From Abditibacterium sp. (GTDB taxonomy: Bacteria; Armatimonadota; Abditibacteriia; Abditibacteriales; Abditibacteriaceae), in assembly GCA_965199495.1 (NCBI GenBank), contig CBDASK010000003.1, positions 192,001 through 256,000 of the forward strand: a DNA stretch of 64,000 nt. The letters are read 5' to 3'. Both the position numbers and the translations under genes were made by a program. The notes below the pieces were generated by a model. That model was not told where the DNA came from. It saw nothing but the letters and a program-made list of their open reading frames with translations, and searched no databases. Positions 1 to 9,829 of the stretch are shown here, piece after piece; the stretch's first letter is position 1, and every line of letters begins with the position of its first letter.

Positions 1-1296
1 CGGAATCGGCGGCGGCGCATCGCCAAACGCATCGGATGGGTTGTCGCCGACGCGAAAAGTGGTGGCGCCAGCGACTGTCGGCGCGTCGGCGGGCACATCA
101 ACCGGGCCGTTGGCGGCGTTTTCGGTGACGTAGGGGAAATCAATGCGAATCCGCTCGACATTGGCCAGACAAGTATTGGCCCATGTCGGCAATGGCTTAT
201 TGGCCAAAACCCAGAACGTCGGCATCGGCTCCCAATCTTTCTTGCCGACTTTCTGAACTTCAAAGGCGAATCGCGAAATCAAACTGTCGGTAAAAACCGG
301 TTCGTTGATGTCGCTTACGTCGTAACGCGGGCGCAAAAACTGGCTGAATAAGGGCGCGGTGCCTTCCCACGAACGGTCGGTCGCCGAAACCGGGCCAACG
401 ACCATCCACTGCGTCAGTTCGCGGATGTAATGGGTTTCAGGACTCATCGCGTGGTTGGCGGGCACGATCTGAAAACTGCCGACGACGCCATAGGGCGAGG
501 TCGAAATATCAATCACGCCGTTGTGGTTGGCGCGCAAGCGTCCGACGCCCGAAAAATACGAACCGACGAAACGTCCGATGCCCAAAACCGGGCGCAAAAC
601 GGTGCCAATGGCGCGTGGCTGTTCGTTGGCGTAGCGAATCGTGATCAGGCCGCCGAAACGGTTCTCGAAGATAATTTCGCGCGGATACCGCACGGGGCGC
701 CGAATTTGGATGACCCAATTATCGCCCAATTTCGGCGTGTAATTGTTGGGCAGTGGCGTCAAAACGTTATTGCGGTCGTTATCCAAAAATATCGGATTGC
801 CGACGAACGGCGTATAAACGCCGCCGAAAATGCCGGTTCCGCCGGGCATATCGGTGTAGGCGGCGCTTTGCGGCGAAACCTCCGATTGCAGCGAGTTTTT
901 TCCCGCGTCGGTGTTGGACGAGGGCGCCAGACTCCAGATAATTCCGCGATCCAGTTTGGTGTTTTGCCCGGCTTTGAGGTGAATCGCGTTGACAGCCGTC
1001 GCCTCGACCGTGCCGGGCGGGCCGTAGCGCGCGGCGGTATAGCCAATCGGGTTGGTTTTAATCACGGGAACGGCAATATGGCCGACGGTTTCCCAAGTTT
1101 TTCCTTCGTCGCGCGAGCCTTCGATGACGCCGCCTTTGATGTTTTGCAAGCGCAGGCGCGCGATTTCGATGGTTTGGGTCTGGTTTTCGGATTCGACTTC
1201 GGGCGACGGCCCGTTGCCCGCCGTTGTCGCGTAAGTCGGAGTTTTCAGGCTGACGAGCGCGCAAAAGGCCAATAAAATGAGGGAGAGCTTTCTCAT
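1..1296 (-). CDS. secreted hypothetical protein, 3' end runs off the window
   Basis: Hand translation from ATG at 1296: MRKLSLILLAFCALVSLKTPTYA (signal peptide-like) ...EIARLRLQNIKGG...IIFENRFGGLI...GRLRANHNGVIDISTSP; absent from the ORF track, consistent with no stop inside the window. Confidence 0.8.
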   Translation of the reverse strand, partial: MRKLSLILLAFCALVSLKTPTYATTAGNGPSPEVESENQTQTIEIARLRLQNIKGGVIEGSRDEGKTWETVGHIAVPVIKTNPIGYTAARYGPPGTVEATAVNAIHLKAGQNTKLDRGIIWSLAPSSNTDAGKNSLQSEVSPQSAAYTDMPGGTGIFGGVYTPFVGNPIFLDNDRNNVLTPLPNNYTPKLGDNWVIQIRRPVRYPREIIFENRFGGLITIRYANEQPRAIGTVLRPVLGIGRFVGSYFSGVGRLRANHNGVIDISTSPYGVVGSFQIVPANHAMSPETHYIRELTQWMVVGPVSATDRSWEGTAPLFSQFLRPRYDVSDINEPVFTDSLISRFAFEVQKVGKKDWEPMPTFWVLANKPLPTWANTCLANVERIRIDFPYVTENAANGPVDVPADAPTVAGATTFRVGDNPSDAFGDAPPPIP

Positions 1297-1450
1297 GGTG
1301 GGAATTTCGTTTGCAACGCTTCGATGCGCGGGTTCAACCGACGCGCCAGAGTTTTGGCAAACAACGGAGAGACAGTCTAAAGCCTTCGTCCGTTGCGCTT
1401 CCCCTTCGCCCTCGTCCCGATTTTCAAGTTCAGTGGAGAATTAACATTTT

Positions 1451-3025
1451 ATGGCCCTTTCCGCCGCCGCGCGCGCCGCGCTCGATCAATTCAAGTCCCA
1501 ACAAAACTCGTCACAATATGTAGACGACGAACTCGCCCCAACAGCAGCCACGGCGCCCGCGCCCACGATGCAAATTCCGCCGCCCGTTGTGCCCTTCGTG
1601 CCCGTGGCTGTTGCGCACGATGCCAAGCTCAACGGCGCCGCGCCTTCGGAAGTCGCGCACTGGGAGCGCATCAACGACCCTTCGACGGCGATTCAAATGG
1701 GCGGATTATTCCGGCCCGAACAGCCCAAAACCTTTCGCGAAAGCGGCATTTCGTATCGCGTTTTGGAAGGTCTGATTCTGAAAATCATCAAGCAGGAAGG
1801 CCCGCAAAACGAGGCGCAACTCGCCGATATGATGAAGATTTCGGCCAACGTGTTTCGCGAGATTTTGAGTTCGCTCAACAAGCGCGAACTTTTGGACACG
1901 CCGATGCCGTTGCACTACGATTTGACCGGCAAGGGCCGCGAACTGGTCGCAATGGTCGAAAAAGAAGACGGTTATATCGGCCCGGCGCCCGTGCCGTTTT
2001 CGCAATACGTCGCGATGGTCGAGCAGCAGGCCAAGCGCGAGCGGCGCATTACCATGAACGAAATGGACGAAGTTTTCGCTTCGTATCCGATGCGGCCCGA
2101 ACTGAAAAACACGCTCAAAGAAGGCTTCAACTCGCAGCGCGTGATGATTTTCTACGGCCCGCCCGGCAACGGCAAATCGCTCATCACCGATAACTTGCAC
2201 CGACTTTTGCGCGAACCGGTTTTGCTGCCGTATGCGTTCGAGTTCAACTCGAAAGTCGTCAAATTATACGACGGCGCGTTTCACCACACCAAAGACGATT
2301 TGATGAAACACGAAGAGGACGAAACCGCCGGTAGCGTTTCGACGGCGGGCAAACCCGACCGCCGCTGGCTGATCTGCGATCCGCCTTTGGTTGTCGTGGG
2401 AACCGAGTTCAAAGTCGCGCAGTTCGACATCACTTTTGACGGCCAATACTTCGCTCCGCCGCACATGAAAGCCAACAACGGCATCTTCATTTTCGACGAT
2501 CTGGGGCGCCAGGCCGAAGATCATAATATGATTTTGAACCAGTTCATTTATCCGCTCGAACATCGCGCCAGCATCATTCGTTTCGCCGGTGGCAGCAGCT
2601 TGCGCGCGCCGTTTTTGCAGCGCTTGTTTCTTTCGACCAACCTCAACCACGAAGATATTTTGGACGACGCGTTCAAGCGCCGCCTGTTGTATCAAGTTTT
2701 GGTGGATCGTCCGACGACGAAGTTGTGGAAGCAGATTTTCATGAACGAATCGGGCAAAGTCGGCATCGAGAAAGGCGCCGCCGCGCTGTTTGCCGATCAG
2801 GTCGTGGATTGGTATCGCGCCGATGACCGCGTTTTCCGCGCCTGCGACCCGCGCAACCTGATGGTGATGGTGGACGCCAGCCTCGATCCAGGACAGACCG
2901 CCGCGCAGATGCTCGATATGAATTTGATGCGCAACGTCTACGAACGCTACCCGGCGGCGCTGCGCAAAGACGCCAAGTTCTTCGTCGGCTCGATGGACTC
3001 GACCGGCGCGGGCGACGAAGAGTAA
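1451..3025 (+). CDS. AAA+ family ATPase with N-terminal winged-helix-like region
   Basis: Walker A GPPGNGKS, Walker B IFIFDDLG, LSTNL sensor, DDAFKRR arginine finger. Confidence 0.8.
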   Translation: MALSAAARAALDQFKSQQNSSQYVDDELAPTAATAPAPTMQIPPPVVPFVPVAVAHDAKLNGAAPSEVAHWERINDPSTAIQMGGLFRPEQPKTFRESGISYRVLEGLILKIIKQEGPQNEAQLADMMKISANVFREILSSLNKRELLDTPMPLHYDLTGKGRELVAMVEKEDGYIGPAPVPFSQYVAMVEQQAKRERRITMNEMDEVFASYPMRPELKNTLKEGFNSQRVMIFYGPPGNGKSLITDNLHRLLREPVLLPYAFEFNSKVVKLYDGAFHHTKDDLMKHEEDETAGSVSTAGKPDRRWLICDPPLVVVGTEFKVAQFDITFDGQYFAPPHMKANNGIFIFDDLGRQAEDHNMILNQFIYPLEHRASIIRFAGGSSLRAPFLQRLFLSTNLNHEDILDDAFKRRLLYQVLVDRPTTKLWKQIFMNESGKVGIEKGAAALFADQVVDWYRADDRVFRACDPRNLMVMVDASLDPGQTAAQMLDMNLMRNVYERYPAALRKDAKFFVGSMDSTGAGDEE

Positions 3026-3045
3026 CGGCGAAAACTGGCAACAGA

Positions 3046-3241
3046 ATAAGATTTATGAATTGGTCGGGCCTGTCATTTCGAGTGAGGCACGAACCGAGAA
3101 ATCTTGCGCCCGCGCGGCAGCGCAATTTGAAATCACTTTCACGTTCAAGACAAAGCGTGGTCTGCGCTGCCGCGCGGGCGCAAGATTTCTCGGTTCGTGC
3201 CTCACTCGAAATGACAGGCCCGACCAATTCATAAATCTTAT
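3046..3241. repeat. long palindromic element, GTCATT...AATGAC family, perfect 79-bp arms
   Basis: 3046-3124 is the exact reverse complement of 3163-3241; 38-nt loop; related to 59779-59926. Confidence 0.95.
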
Positions 3242-3311
3242 AAAAAAGCAAATCTAAGCATTAAACCTACGCAAACGGCGAATCTCGTGAACTATTGCGT
3301 CCAGATTCTTT

Positions 3312-5297
3312 ATGAACATGGGTTTACGGGCGAAATCTGTTTTAGCGCTTTGTTTTTGCATCGGCGTGGTGTCGCTATTGGCGTGGTTTGCCGGGGCGCA
3401 GGCGTTGGCTTCCATTGAGGCCAATCTGGGCGCGGCCTTCGCGCGCAACGCGACGCAATACAGCAAGCAGCGCATTCTCGCGCCGGTCGCGCGCGAGTTG
3501 GCGTTGTCGCAGCGTTTGGCCGATTCGCAGGTCACCAAACGCTTTTTGCTCGATCCCAAAAACGACGCCAAACGCGAACTCTTTTTCGATGAAGCCGAAG
3601 GTTACCGGCGCGCTTTCGACGATCATTCTTACTTCATCGTCGCGCGCGATTCGGGCGATTATTATTTCAACGACAGCAAAACTAAGTTCAGCAATCGCGC
3701 GCGCTACGCTTTAAAGCGCGGCGTGGCTCACGACGCGTGGTTTTTCGCGACGATGCGCAAAACCGAAGATTTCAATATCAACGTTGATCCTGATGTCGAA
3801 CTGAAAGTCACCAAAGTCTGGTTCAACGTTTTAGTTAAAGATAAAGGCGAAAACATCGGATTGGCGGGCACGGGTTTGGATTTGACGGAGTTTCTCAATC
3901 GCTTTATCACCGCGCACGAACCGGGCGTGACGCCGATGATTCTCAACGGCGCGGGCGCGATTCAGGCGCATCCCAATCGCAAGTTGATTGATTATTCGTC
4001 GGTCAACGACAAGGGCGGCGCGCACTCGACGATTTACAATCTGCTGCCGCGCGCCGACGACCAAAAATTGATGAAAGATGCGTTGGAAAAGGCGCGGCAA
4101 GACCCGGAAAATATCCCGCAGTTTTGGGCGCGTCTGGACAATAAACGCGAGCTGTTCGCGGTTTCGTTCGTGCCCGAATTGAACTGGTTCATCGTCAACG
4201 CCGTGGATGTGAGCGCCGCGCAAGTCGTGGATTCGCGATTGTGGTTGCCGCTGTTGGGCGGCGGCGTGGCTCTATTATTGTTGCTGGTCGGAGCGATCAT
4301 GTTTTGGGTCAACCGGCTGATTTTGGCGCCACTTTTCAAACTCACCGATTCGGCGCGGGCGTTGGGCGCGGGCCATTATAACGTCGAATTGCCGCCCGCC
4401 AGCCGCGACGAAATGGGCGATTTGACGCGCGCCTTTGGCGCGATGGCGGCGCAGGTGCGCTCGCATACCGACGAATTGGAAGGCAAAGTCGCGCAGCGCA
4501 CGCACGAGTTGGTCGAGGCCAACGACCAGATGGCGCACGCCAACCAGCAAATCGGCGACAGCATTCAGGCCGCCAGTCTGATTCAAAATGCGATTCTGCC
4601 CGACCGCGAAATGCAGCGCAACTTTTCCGAACATCACTTCGTGCTGTGGAAACCGCGCGATGTCGTGGGCGGCGACTTTTACGTGTTTCGCGCCGCGCAA
4701 AATGGTTATCTCATCGGCGTCGTGGATTGCGCGGGCCACGGCGTGCCCGGCGCCTTTATGACAATGATTGCCTACGCCGTTCTGGGCGTTGCGATGGACA
4801 CGCAGGGATTGACCAATCCGGCCTGTTTGCTCACCGAAATGGACGACAAACTGCGCGCGATGCTGAGCAGCGACCCGAAAAATGATGGCGTCGCCACCAA
4901 CATGGACGCCGGTTTGGCTTACGTGGATTTAGAGCGGAAAACCGTGACTTACGCGGGCGCCAAAATTTCGCTTTACGCCTGCGATGGCAAAAACGTAGAG
5001 GAAACCAAAGGCGACCGCACGTCAATCGGCGGCAAACGCGTGCCGAGTTTTAGCAACAAAATTGTCGAACTCAACCCGCAAACCACGTTTTACATCACGA
5101 CCGACGGCTTGCTCGATCAGGCGGGCGGGCCAAAAGGTTATGGCTTTGGCAACGCGCGTTTCGCCGAACTGTTGCTGCGCCAATCGCAACGCGAATTGGA
5201 GCAGCAACGCGCGGCGTTCGATTCCGAACTGCTCGAATATCAGGGCGAATTGCCCCAACGCGATGACGTGACGCTGGTTTCGTTTCGCTTCGATTGA
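3312..5297 (+). CDS. siaA: biofilm regulation phosphatase SiaA (Cache/HAMP/PP2C-SpoIIE)
   Basis: Two TM segments, HAMP, PP2C motifs VGGDFY, DCAGHGVPGA, TDG, DDVT; precedes siaB, siaC, siaD. Confidence 0.85.
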   Translation: MNMGLRAKSVLALCFCIGVVSLLAWFAGAQALASIEANLGAAFARNATQYSKQRILAPVARELALSQRLADSQVTKRFLLDPKNDAKRELFFDEAEGYRRAFDDHSYFIVARDSGDYYFNDSKTKFSNRARYALKRGVAHDAWFFATMRKTEDFNINVDPDVELKVTKVWFNVLVKDKGENIGLAGTGLDLTEFLNRFITAHEPGVTPMILNGAGAIQAHPNRKLIDYSSVNDKGGAHSTIYNLLPRADDQKLMKDALEKARQDPENIPQFWARLDNKRELFAVSFVPELNWFIVNAVDVSAAQVVDSRLWLPLLGGGVALLLLLVGAIMFWVNRLILAPLFKLTDSARALGAGHYNVELPPASRDEMGDLTRAFGAMAAQVRSHTDELEGKVAQRTHELVEANDQMAHANQQIGDSIQAASLIQNAILPDREMQRNFSEHHFVLWKPRDVVGGDFYVFRAAQNGYLIGVVDCAGHGVPGAFMTMIAYAVLGVAMDTQGLTNPACLLTEMDDKLRAMLSSDPKNDGVATNMDAGLAYVDLERKTVTYAGAKISLYACDGKNVEETKGDRTSIGGKRVPSFSNKIVELNPQTTFYITTDGLLDQAGGPKGYGFGNARFAELLLRQSQRELEQQRAAFDSELLEYQGELPQRDDVTLVSFRFD

Positions 5298-5303
5298 GTA
5301 TGG

Positions 5304-5447
5304 AAGCGAATAAATTCGCAGCCACAATTAAGTGTCGGCCAGCGCCGACACGAGGAAATTTTGAGAGTAAAGCCAGTTCTTCTTCATAACAACTTCTTCG
5401 TGTCGGCGCAGGCCGACACTTAACTGTGGCTGCGAATTTATTCGCTT
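5304..5447. repeat. palindromic element, GCGAATAAATTCGC family
   Basis: Inverted arms AAGCGAATAAATTCGCAGCCACA..GTGTCGGCC; lies between siaA and siaB. Confidence 0.9.
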
Positions 5448-5512
5448 AATATACCGGGAAATAGATTTCGCACTACTTCACTTCAATTAATCGCCAGTTT
5501 CTCTTACTTTCA

Positions 5513-6070
5513 ATGGAACATACCGACCTCTTTCGCTTGCGCGAAACCTACAATTCACAGCAGATGATGCTCTGCTTCAACGGGCCTTTTTCGCAGGGTC
5601 TCATCGAAGAAATCGGCAGCGCCCTGCGCCGCTATATGGAAGCCGAAACCGAAAATTCGTCGGCCTCGGCTTCGGCGGCGCGCGATGTTTTCGCGGTCTA
5701 TATCGAGATCACGCAAAACATTCGGCACTATTGCCAGTCGCGCGAATACAACGACACCGACGCCAGTGCGACGGTCGTCATCGGGCGCGATGTCGCCGGG
5801 CATTACGTGATTTCGGCGGGCAACATCGTCGAGAACGCCGACGCCGACGCCGTCATCGAAAAGGTCAATTCGTTGGCTCAACTCGATAAAGCCCAACTCA
5901 AAGCGGCCTACAAAGAACAGATGCGCCGTCCGGTCGAACACGACGGCAAAAGTGGCGCGGGATTGGGATTGATTGACATCGCGCGCAAAGCGAGCGAACC
6001 GGTTTCGTGTTCGCTGCACCCGATGGAATCGAAGACGCAGAGTTTTTTCAGCCTGTGCGTCGTTATCTAA
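5513..6070 (+). CDS. siaB: biofilm regulation kinase SiaB
   Basis: FNGPFSQGLIEEIG, VYIEITQNIRHY, GAGLGLIDIARKAS motifs. Confidence 0.85.
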   Translation: MEHTDLFRLRETYNSQQMMLCFNGPFSQGLIEEIGSALRRYMEAETENSSASASAARDVFAVYIEITQNIRHYCQSREYNDTDASATVVIGRDVAGHYVISAGNIVENADADAVIEKVNSLAQLDKAQLKAAYKEQMRRPVEHDGKSGAGLGLIDIARKASEPVSCSLHPMESKTQSFFSLCVVI

Positions 6071-6124
6071 ACTAACACGTTACCGCACTTTTATTATATG
6101 CTTTCGCTTCATGCGCTTCCGACC

Positions 6125-6505
6125 ATGAGTAAAATCGAACTTTCCGCCACGACGTCCACGCCCGCAATTACCGCCGATGAGCAAACCGGCCACTTAGAAA
6201 TGCGCGGCGATTCTTATCCCGAAAACTCGTTCGAGTTCTTCGCGCCCATCGTCGAATGGGTGCAAGATTACCTCAAAACGCCCAATAATTCGCTCGATGT
6301 CGCGCTGCATCTGCTCTACCTCAACACCAGCAGCGTGCGCGCGATGATGGATATTTTCGAGTTGCTCGAAGACGCCCACAACAGCAGCCACGCCGTCTGT
6401 GTGCGGTGGTTCTACGACGAAGATAACGACCGCATCGCCGAACTCGCCGAAGAGTTCAAAGAAGATTGCACCTTTCCCTTTGACATTTTGCCAACGCCCG
6501 CCTAA
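6125..6505 (+). CDS. siaC: biofilm regulation phosphoprotein SiaC (DUF1987)
   Basis: GDSYPENSFEFF, LYLNTSS (phospho-Thr motif), AEEFKEDCTFPF. Confidence 0.9.
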   Translation: MSKIELSATTSTPAITADEQTGHLEMRGDSYPENSFEFFAPIVEWVQDYLKTPNNSLDVALHLLYLNTSSVRAMMDIFELLEDAHNSSHAVCVRWFYDEDNDRIAELAEEFKEDCTFPFDILPTPA

Positions 6506-6539
6506 TTGTCATTAGAGGCCATCAAAATCGAGATTCCTT

Positions 6540-7358
6540 ATGCTTATGCGCGACACGATTCCCAATCTGGACACGGAAATAGACGACCTGCTGGCCGATG
6601 CGCAGTATGAAGGTCATCCTCTGCGCGCGGCTTTGGAGCAGCTCTACCAACGCCAGCAAGACCAAGTCGGGCAACTGGAACGCTTAACTTCAATTTCCGA
6701 TGGTTACCAATCGGTCTTAAATAAACGTTATCAAACGTTGACGGAGCGCCATCAAAAGCAACTGCGTCAACTCCAGAAAATCGTCAAAATCTCCGATCAT
6801 TACCAGCAGATGTTGCAGGATTTGAACGATACGCTGCGCATCGCCTCGACGCAAGACCCGCTCACCGGCTTGTTCAACCGGCGTCTGATGCTCGACCGTT
6901 TGGAAAACGAGGCGGCTTTGACCAACCGGCGCAACAACGTGTTTTCGGTTTTGATGATTGACATCGATCATTTCAAAAACGTCAACGATACATGGGGCCA
7001 TCACGCGGGCGATAACGCGTTGATGCTCGTCGCCAGCGCCCTGAAAATGGCGCTGCGTTCGTCGGATATTTGCGCGCGCTGGGGCGGCGAAGAGTTTTTG
7101 ATTTTGCTGCCCGATACGAGCGAAAGCGGCGGAATGGAAATCGCCACGCGCTTGCTGGCGGCGATTCGCGCGCTACGCATTCCCGAAATGCCCGCGACCC
7201 AGAATTTGACCGTGAGCATCGGCGTAGCGCGGCACCAACGCGGCGATAAATTAGAGGAAACGCTCAAAAACGCCGACCGCGCACTTTACGCGGCCAAGGC
7301 GCGCGGTCGCGATTGCATCGTCAGGGCGTTGGAATTGGAAGATTGTCCGCCCGCGTAA
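6540..7358 (+). CDS. siaD: diguanylate cyclase SiaD
   Basis: Coiled-coil N-terminus, DPLTGLFNRR, RWGGEEF; last gene of the sia operon. Confidence 0.85.
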   Translation: MLMRDTIPNLDTEIDDLLADAQYEGHPLRAALEQLYQRQQDQVGQLERLTSISDGYQSVLNKRYQTLTERHQKQLRQLQKIVKISDHYQQMLQDLNDTLRIASTQDPLTGLFNRRLMLDRLENEAALTNRRNNVFSVLMIDIDHFKNVNDTWGHHAGDNALMLVASALKMALRSSDICARWGGEEFLILLPDTSESGGMEIATRLLAAIRALRIPEMPATQNLTVSIGVARHQRGDKLEETLKNADRALYAAKARGRDCIVRALELEDCPPA

Positions 7359-8486
7359 TCAACCGATCTCAATCGCGCGTTTTTCCTCGTGCGAACGCAA
7401 CGCCGCCGCCCAAACCCGATGCGTCGCGACGGCTTCGTCGGGCGTGGCCATGCCGAATCTATCGCCCAAAAGCCCGGCGCGCTCGGCGCAAAACGCGGCC
7501 AACATTTGCAACATCAAATCGGGGAAACCGAACTCGAAAATGCCGCCCGTCACCGTCTCGAACGCGCTCGAATAACCCAGATCAATCGCGTTCCAACTCT
7601 GCTCTGCGCCGTGTTTAAACACATAAAGCGTCTTGGGATTTTTCGTCGAAAACTTCGCGCCGCCGCGCGTGCCAACAATTTCGAGCGACCACGTATTCGT
7701 TTCGGTCGGCGCCATACGCTTGGTTTCCCAGCGCATCGGCACGATTTCGTCCGCGATTTCGACATCGCAATGCAACAGCGCGTTATCCCACGTATCGCAC
7801 GCCGCCACGCCGCCTTTGCCGTCGGGACGCTGGCTAAATCCACGTTGCAATTGCGCATAAACGCACGTTGGTTTCCAGCCCAAGCGTAGCGGAAGGTGCG
7901 CGACGTGTAAGCCCAAATCGTTCATCACGCCGTTTTCGCCGCAGAATTGGCTCTGGCGTTTCCAGTTGGCCGCTTTGTTCGGGTCGAGATCGGAGCAGTG
8001 CAAAAAACTGGCGCGCACTTCCAAAACGCGGCCCAAATTATCCAAATCACGCGCCATTTGCCAAACGCGTTGGGCGCCCGGCCAAAACGGCATTTCGCTC
8101 GAACAGCGCACGAAACGCCCCAAATTTTCGGCTTCGTCGCGCACGACGAGGGCAGCCTCTAAATCAATGCCGAACGGTTTTTCGGCCAGCAAATCTTTCC
8201 CGGCGCGCAACGTTTGCAGATAAAACTCCTGATGCAAATTGTGCGGCAGCGCCACATAAACCGCGTCAATTGCGGGATTCGCCAACAATTCGTCGGCGCT
8301 CGCGGTGATTTGCGTCACGGTCGGCACGCGCCCGAACCAGTCGCGTGCGGCGGGGTTCAAATCGCACACGCCAATTAATTTGGCGGGCGGCATTTCGTCC
8401 GCAAGCGCGAACCAACGGCCCAACGCCGACGCGAATTCGCGTCCCATCAAGCCGCCGCCGATGATGCCCCAGTTGGTCGTTTTCAT
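7359..8486 (-). CDS. Gfo/Idh/MocA family oxidoreductase
   Basis: GIIGGGLMG Rossmann motif, AEKP motif, DLGLH. Confidence 0.9.
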   Translation of the reverse strand: MKTTNWGIIGGGLMGREFASALGRWFALADEMPPAKLIGVCDLNPAARDWFGRVPTVTQITASADELLANPAIDAVYVALPHNLHQEFYLQTLRAGKDLLAEKPFGIDLEAALVVRDEAENLGRFVRCSSEMPFWPGAQRVWQMARDLDNLGRVLEVRASFLHCSDLDPNKAANWKRQSQFCGENGVMNDLGLHVAHLPLRLGWKPTCVYAQLQRGFSQRPDGKGGVAACDTWDNALLHCDVEIADEIVPMRWETKRMAPTETNTWSLEIVGTRGGAKFSTKNPKTLYVFKHGAEQSWNAIDLGYSSAFETVTGGIFEFGFPDLMLQMLAAFCAERAGLLGDRFGMATPDEAVATHRVWAAALRSHEEKRAIEIG

Positions 8487-8510
8487 AATTTCGGTTTTTA
8501 GTCATTCCCG

Positions 8511-8639
8511 CCGGCGAATAAATTCGCGGCAACGTAGAGCCAAGTCCGCCTACGCGGACTGCGAGCGAACTCTTTGATGTTTCAATTCCAGTCCGCGTAG
8601 GCGGACTTGGCTCTACGTTGCCGCGAATTTATTCGCCGG
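8511..8639. repeat. palindromic element, GCGAATAAATTCGC family
   Basis: Arms CCGGCGAATAAATTCGCGGCAACGTAGAGCCAAGTCCGCCTACGCGGACTG in inverted orientation. Confidence 0.95.
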
Positions 8640-8664
8640 GTATAAGCATTGAGCAAATGATTTT

Positions 8665-9672
8665 TTATGGTTTCTCCGTCACGAAATCGAATTCGATGGC
8701 GAATTCGCGCGTTTCGCCCGCCTGTAAAATTGGCATTTCGCCGCGCTCCAACAACTGCGCGCGCGAGGCGAGCGGCGCGTTTGATGGTTCCAATCCCATC
8801 ACGTAGGCGCCCGCGCCGAGCATTTTCCACTGCGTCAAAAACGGCAGTTGCGCGCGGTCGAATTTCAATTGCACGCCCAATTTGCGCGCTTCGTTCCAAA
8901 TCGCGGCGACGGCGTGGCTGCTTGCGTCGCCGCGCAGTTGATGAAAGAAAACTTGTTCTTTATATCCCACTTGCGGCGACTCGACATTCGCCCAATTCGC
9001 CAATCCGCGCGCCGCATCTTCGTCGCGCGCTTGCACATCAAATTCAACGATGATTTGCGCGCCTTCTTCCAAAAGCGGATAGCCAAAATTGCAATGATAC
9101 AGCACGCAAAACGGCGCCGCCTCGAAGCCCGCATTGCGAATTTCATCGCGCAAAATTAACCGATTTTCGCCCAACTTCATCGAAAGCGTGCGACGCAATT
9201 CCAGATTGGCGCCGAACAATCGCGTTTGGCGCACGATGCCGCTCAAGCGAAATTCACAATCATCGTCATCACGCCAGATCGTTTGCGGCACGACTTCGCG
9301 CGCGGGCGTATAGGCGATGCGGTCGTGAATGCCCCACTTTTCGCCGTCAATTTCGCACGGCGGGCCAAACGACTCTAATCCGCAAGTCGTCACCAAACCG
9401 CAGGGCGCACCGCGCAGCCAATCGAAATTATCGGCGCCATAAAACGCCGGATGAGCGGCGCCATTGGGATGGCGCCACGTCAAATTGACGCCGTTGAGTT
9501 CCGCAAAAACTATGTCCATTGCGCGCGATGGACAAATGCCAATACGCAAGCCCGCGCCCGAACGCATTTCGATCATTTCGACGCCATTTTCGTGTCCATC
9601 GCGCAAAGTCGCGCGCGTGAAACCGGCGATTTGCGAGAGGTCGGCGTAGGATTCCAATTGTCTTCGATTCAT
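8665..9672 (-). CDS. aldose 1-epimerase family protein (DUF4432-like)
   Basis: SRAMDI, LVTTCGL, LYHCNFGYPLL, YVMGLEP motifs. Confidence 0.8.
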   Translation of the reverse strand: MNRRQLESYADLSQIAGFTRATLRDGHENGVEMIEMRSGAGLRIGICPSRAMDIVFAELNGVNLTWRHPNGAAHPAFYGADNFDWLRGAPCGLVTTCGLESFGPPCEIDGEKWGIHDRIAYTPAREVVPQTIWRDDDDCEFRLSGIVRQTRLFGANLELRRTLSMKLGENRLILRDEIRNAGFEAAPFCVLYHCNFGYPLLEEGAQIIVEFDVQARDEDAARGLANWANVESPQVGYKEQVFFHQLRGDASSHAVAAIWNEARKLGVQLKFDRAQLPFLTQWKMLGAGAYVMGLEPSNAPLASRAQLLERGEMPILQAGETREFAIEFDFVTEKP

Positions 9673-9679
9673 AATTTTT

Positions 9680-9822
9680 AGCCACCAAGTTCACTGAGAA
9701 CACACAAAGAACACAAAGAGATGTGAAACAATTAAAAGTTAGTTTCTTGAAATGTGCTTCGTATTTTAAATTCTTCGTGCTTCTTTGTGCCCCTTTGTGT
9801 GTTCTTGGTGAACTTGGTGGCT
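9680..9822. repeat. palindromic element, CACAAAG family
   Basis: AGCCACCAAGTTCAC..CACACAAAGAACACAAAG with inverted CTTTGTG arm and AT-rich core. Confidence 0.85.
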
Positions 9823-9829
9823 GTCACCG

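Noticed and set aside
430..1275. 281-aa plus-strand ORF
   Set aside because: Antisense shadow of the minus-strand secreted protein starting at 1296
3060..3257. Short ORFs with near-identical peptides on both strands (also 35590-35847 and the GAGFPRP / WAGEPRPY peptides)
   Set aside because: Translation artefacts of the palindromic repeats
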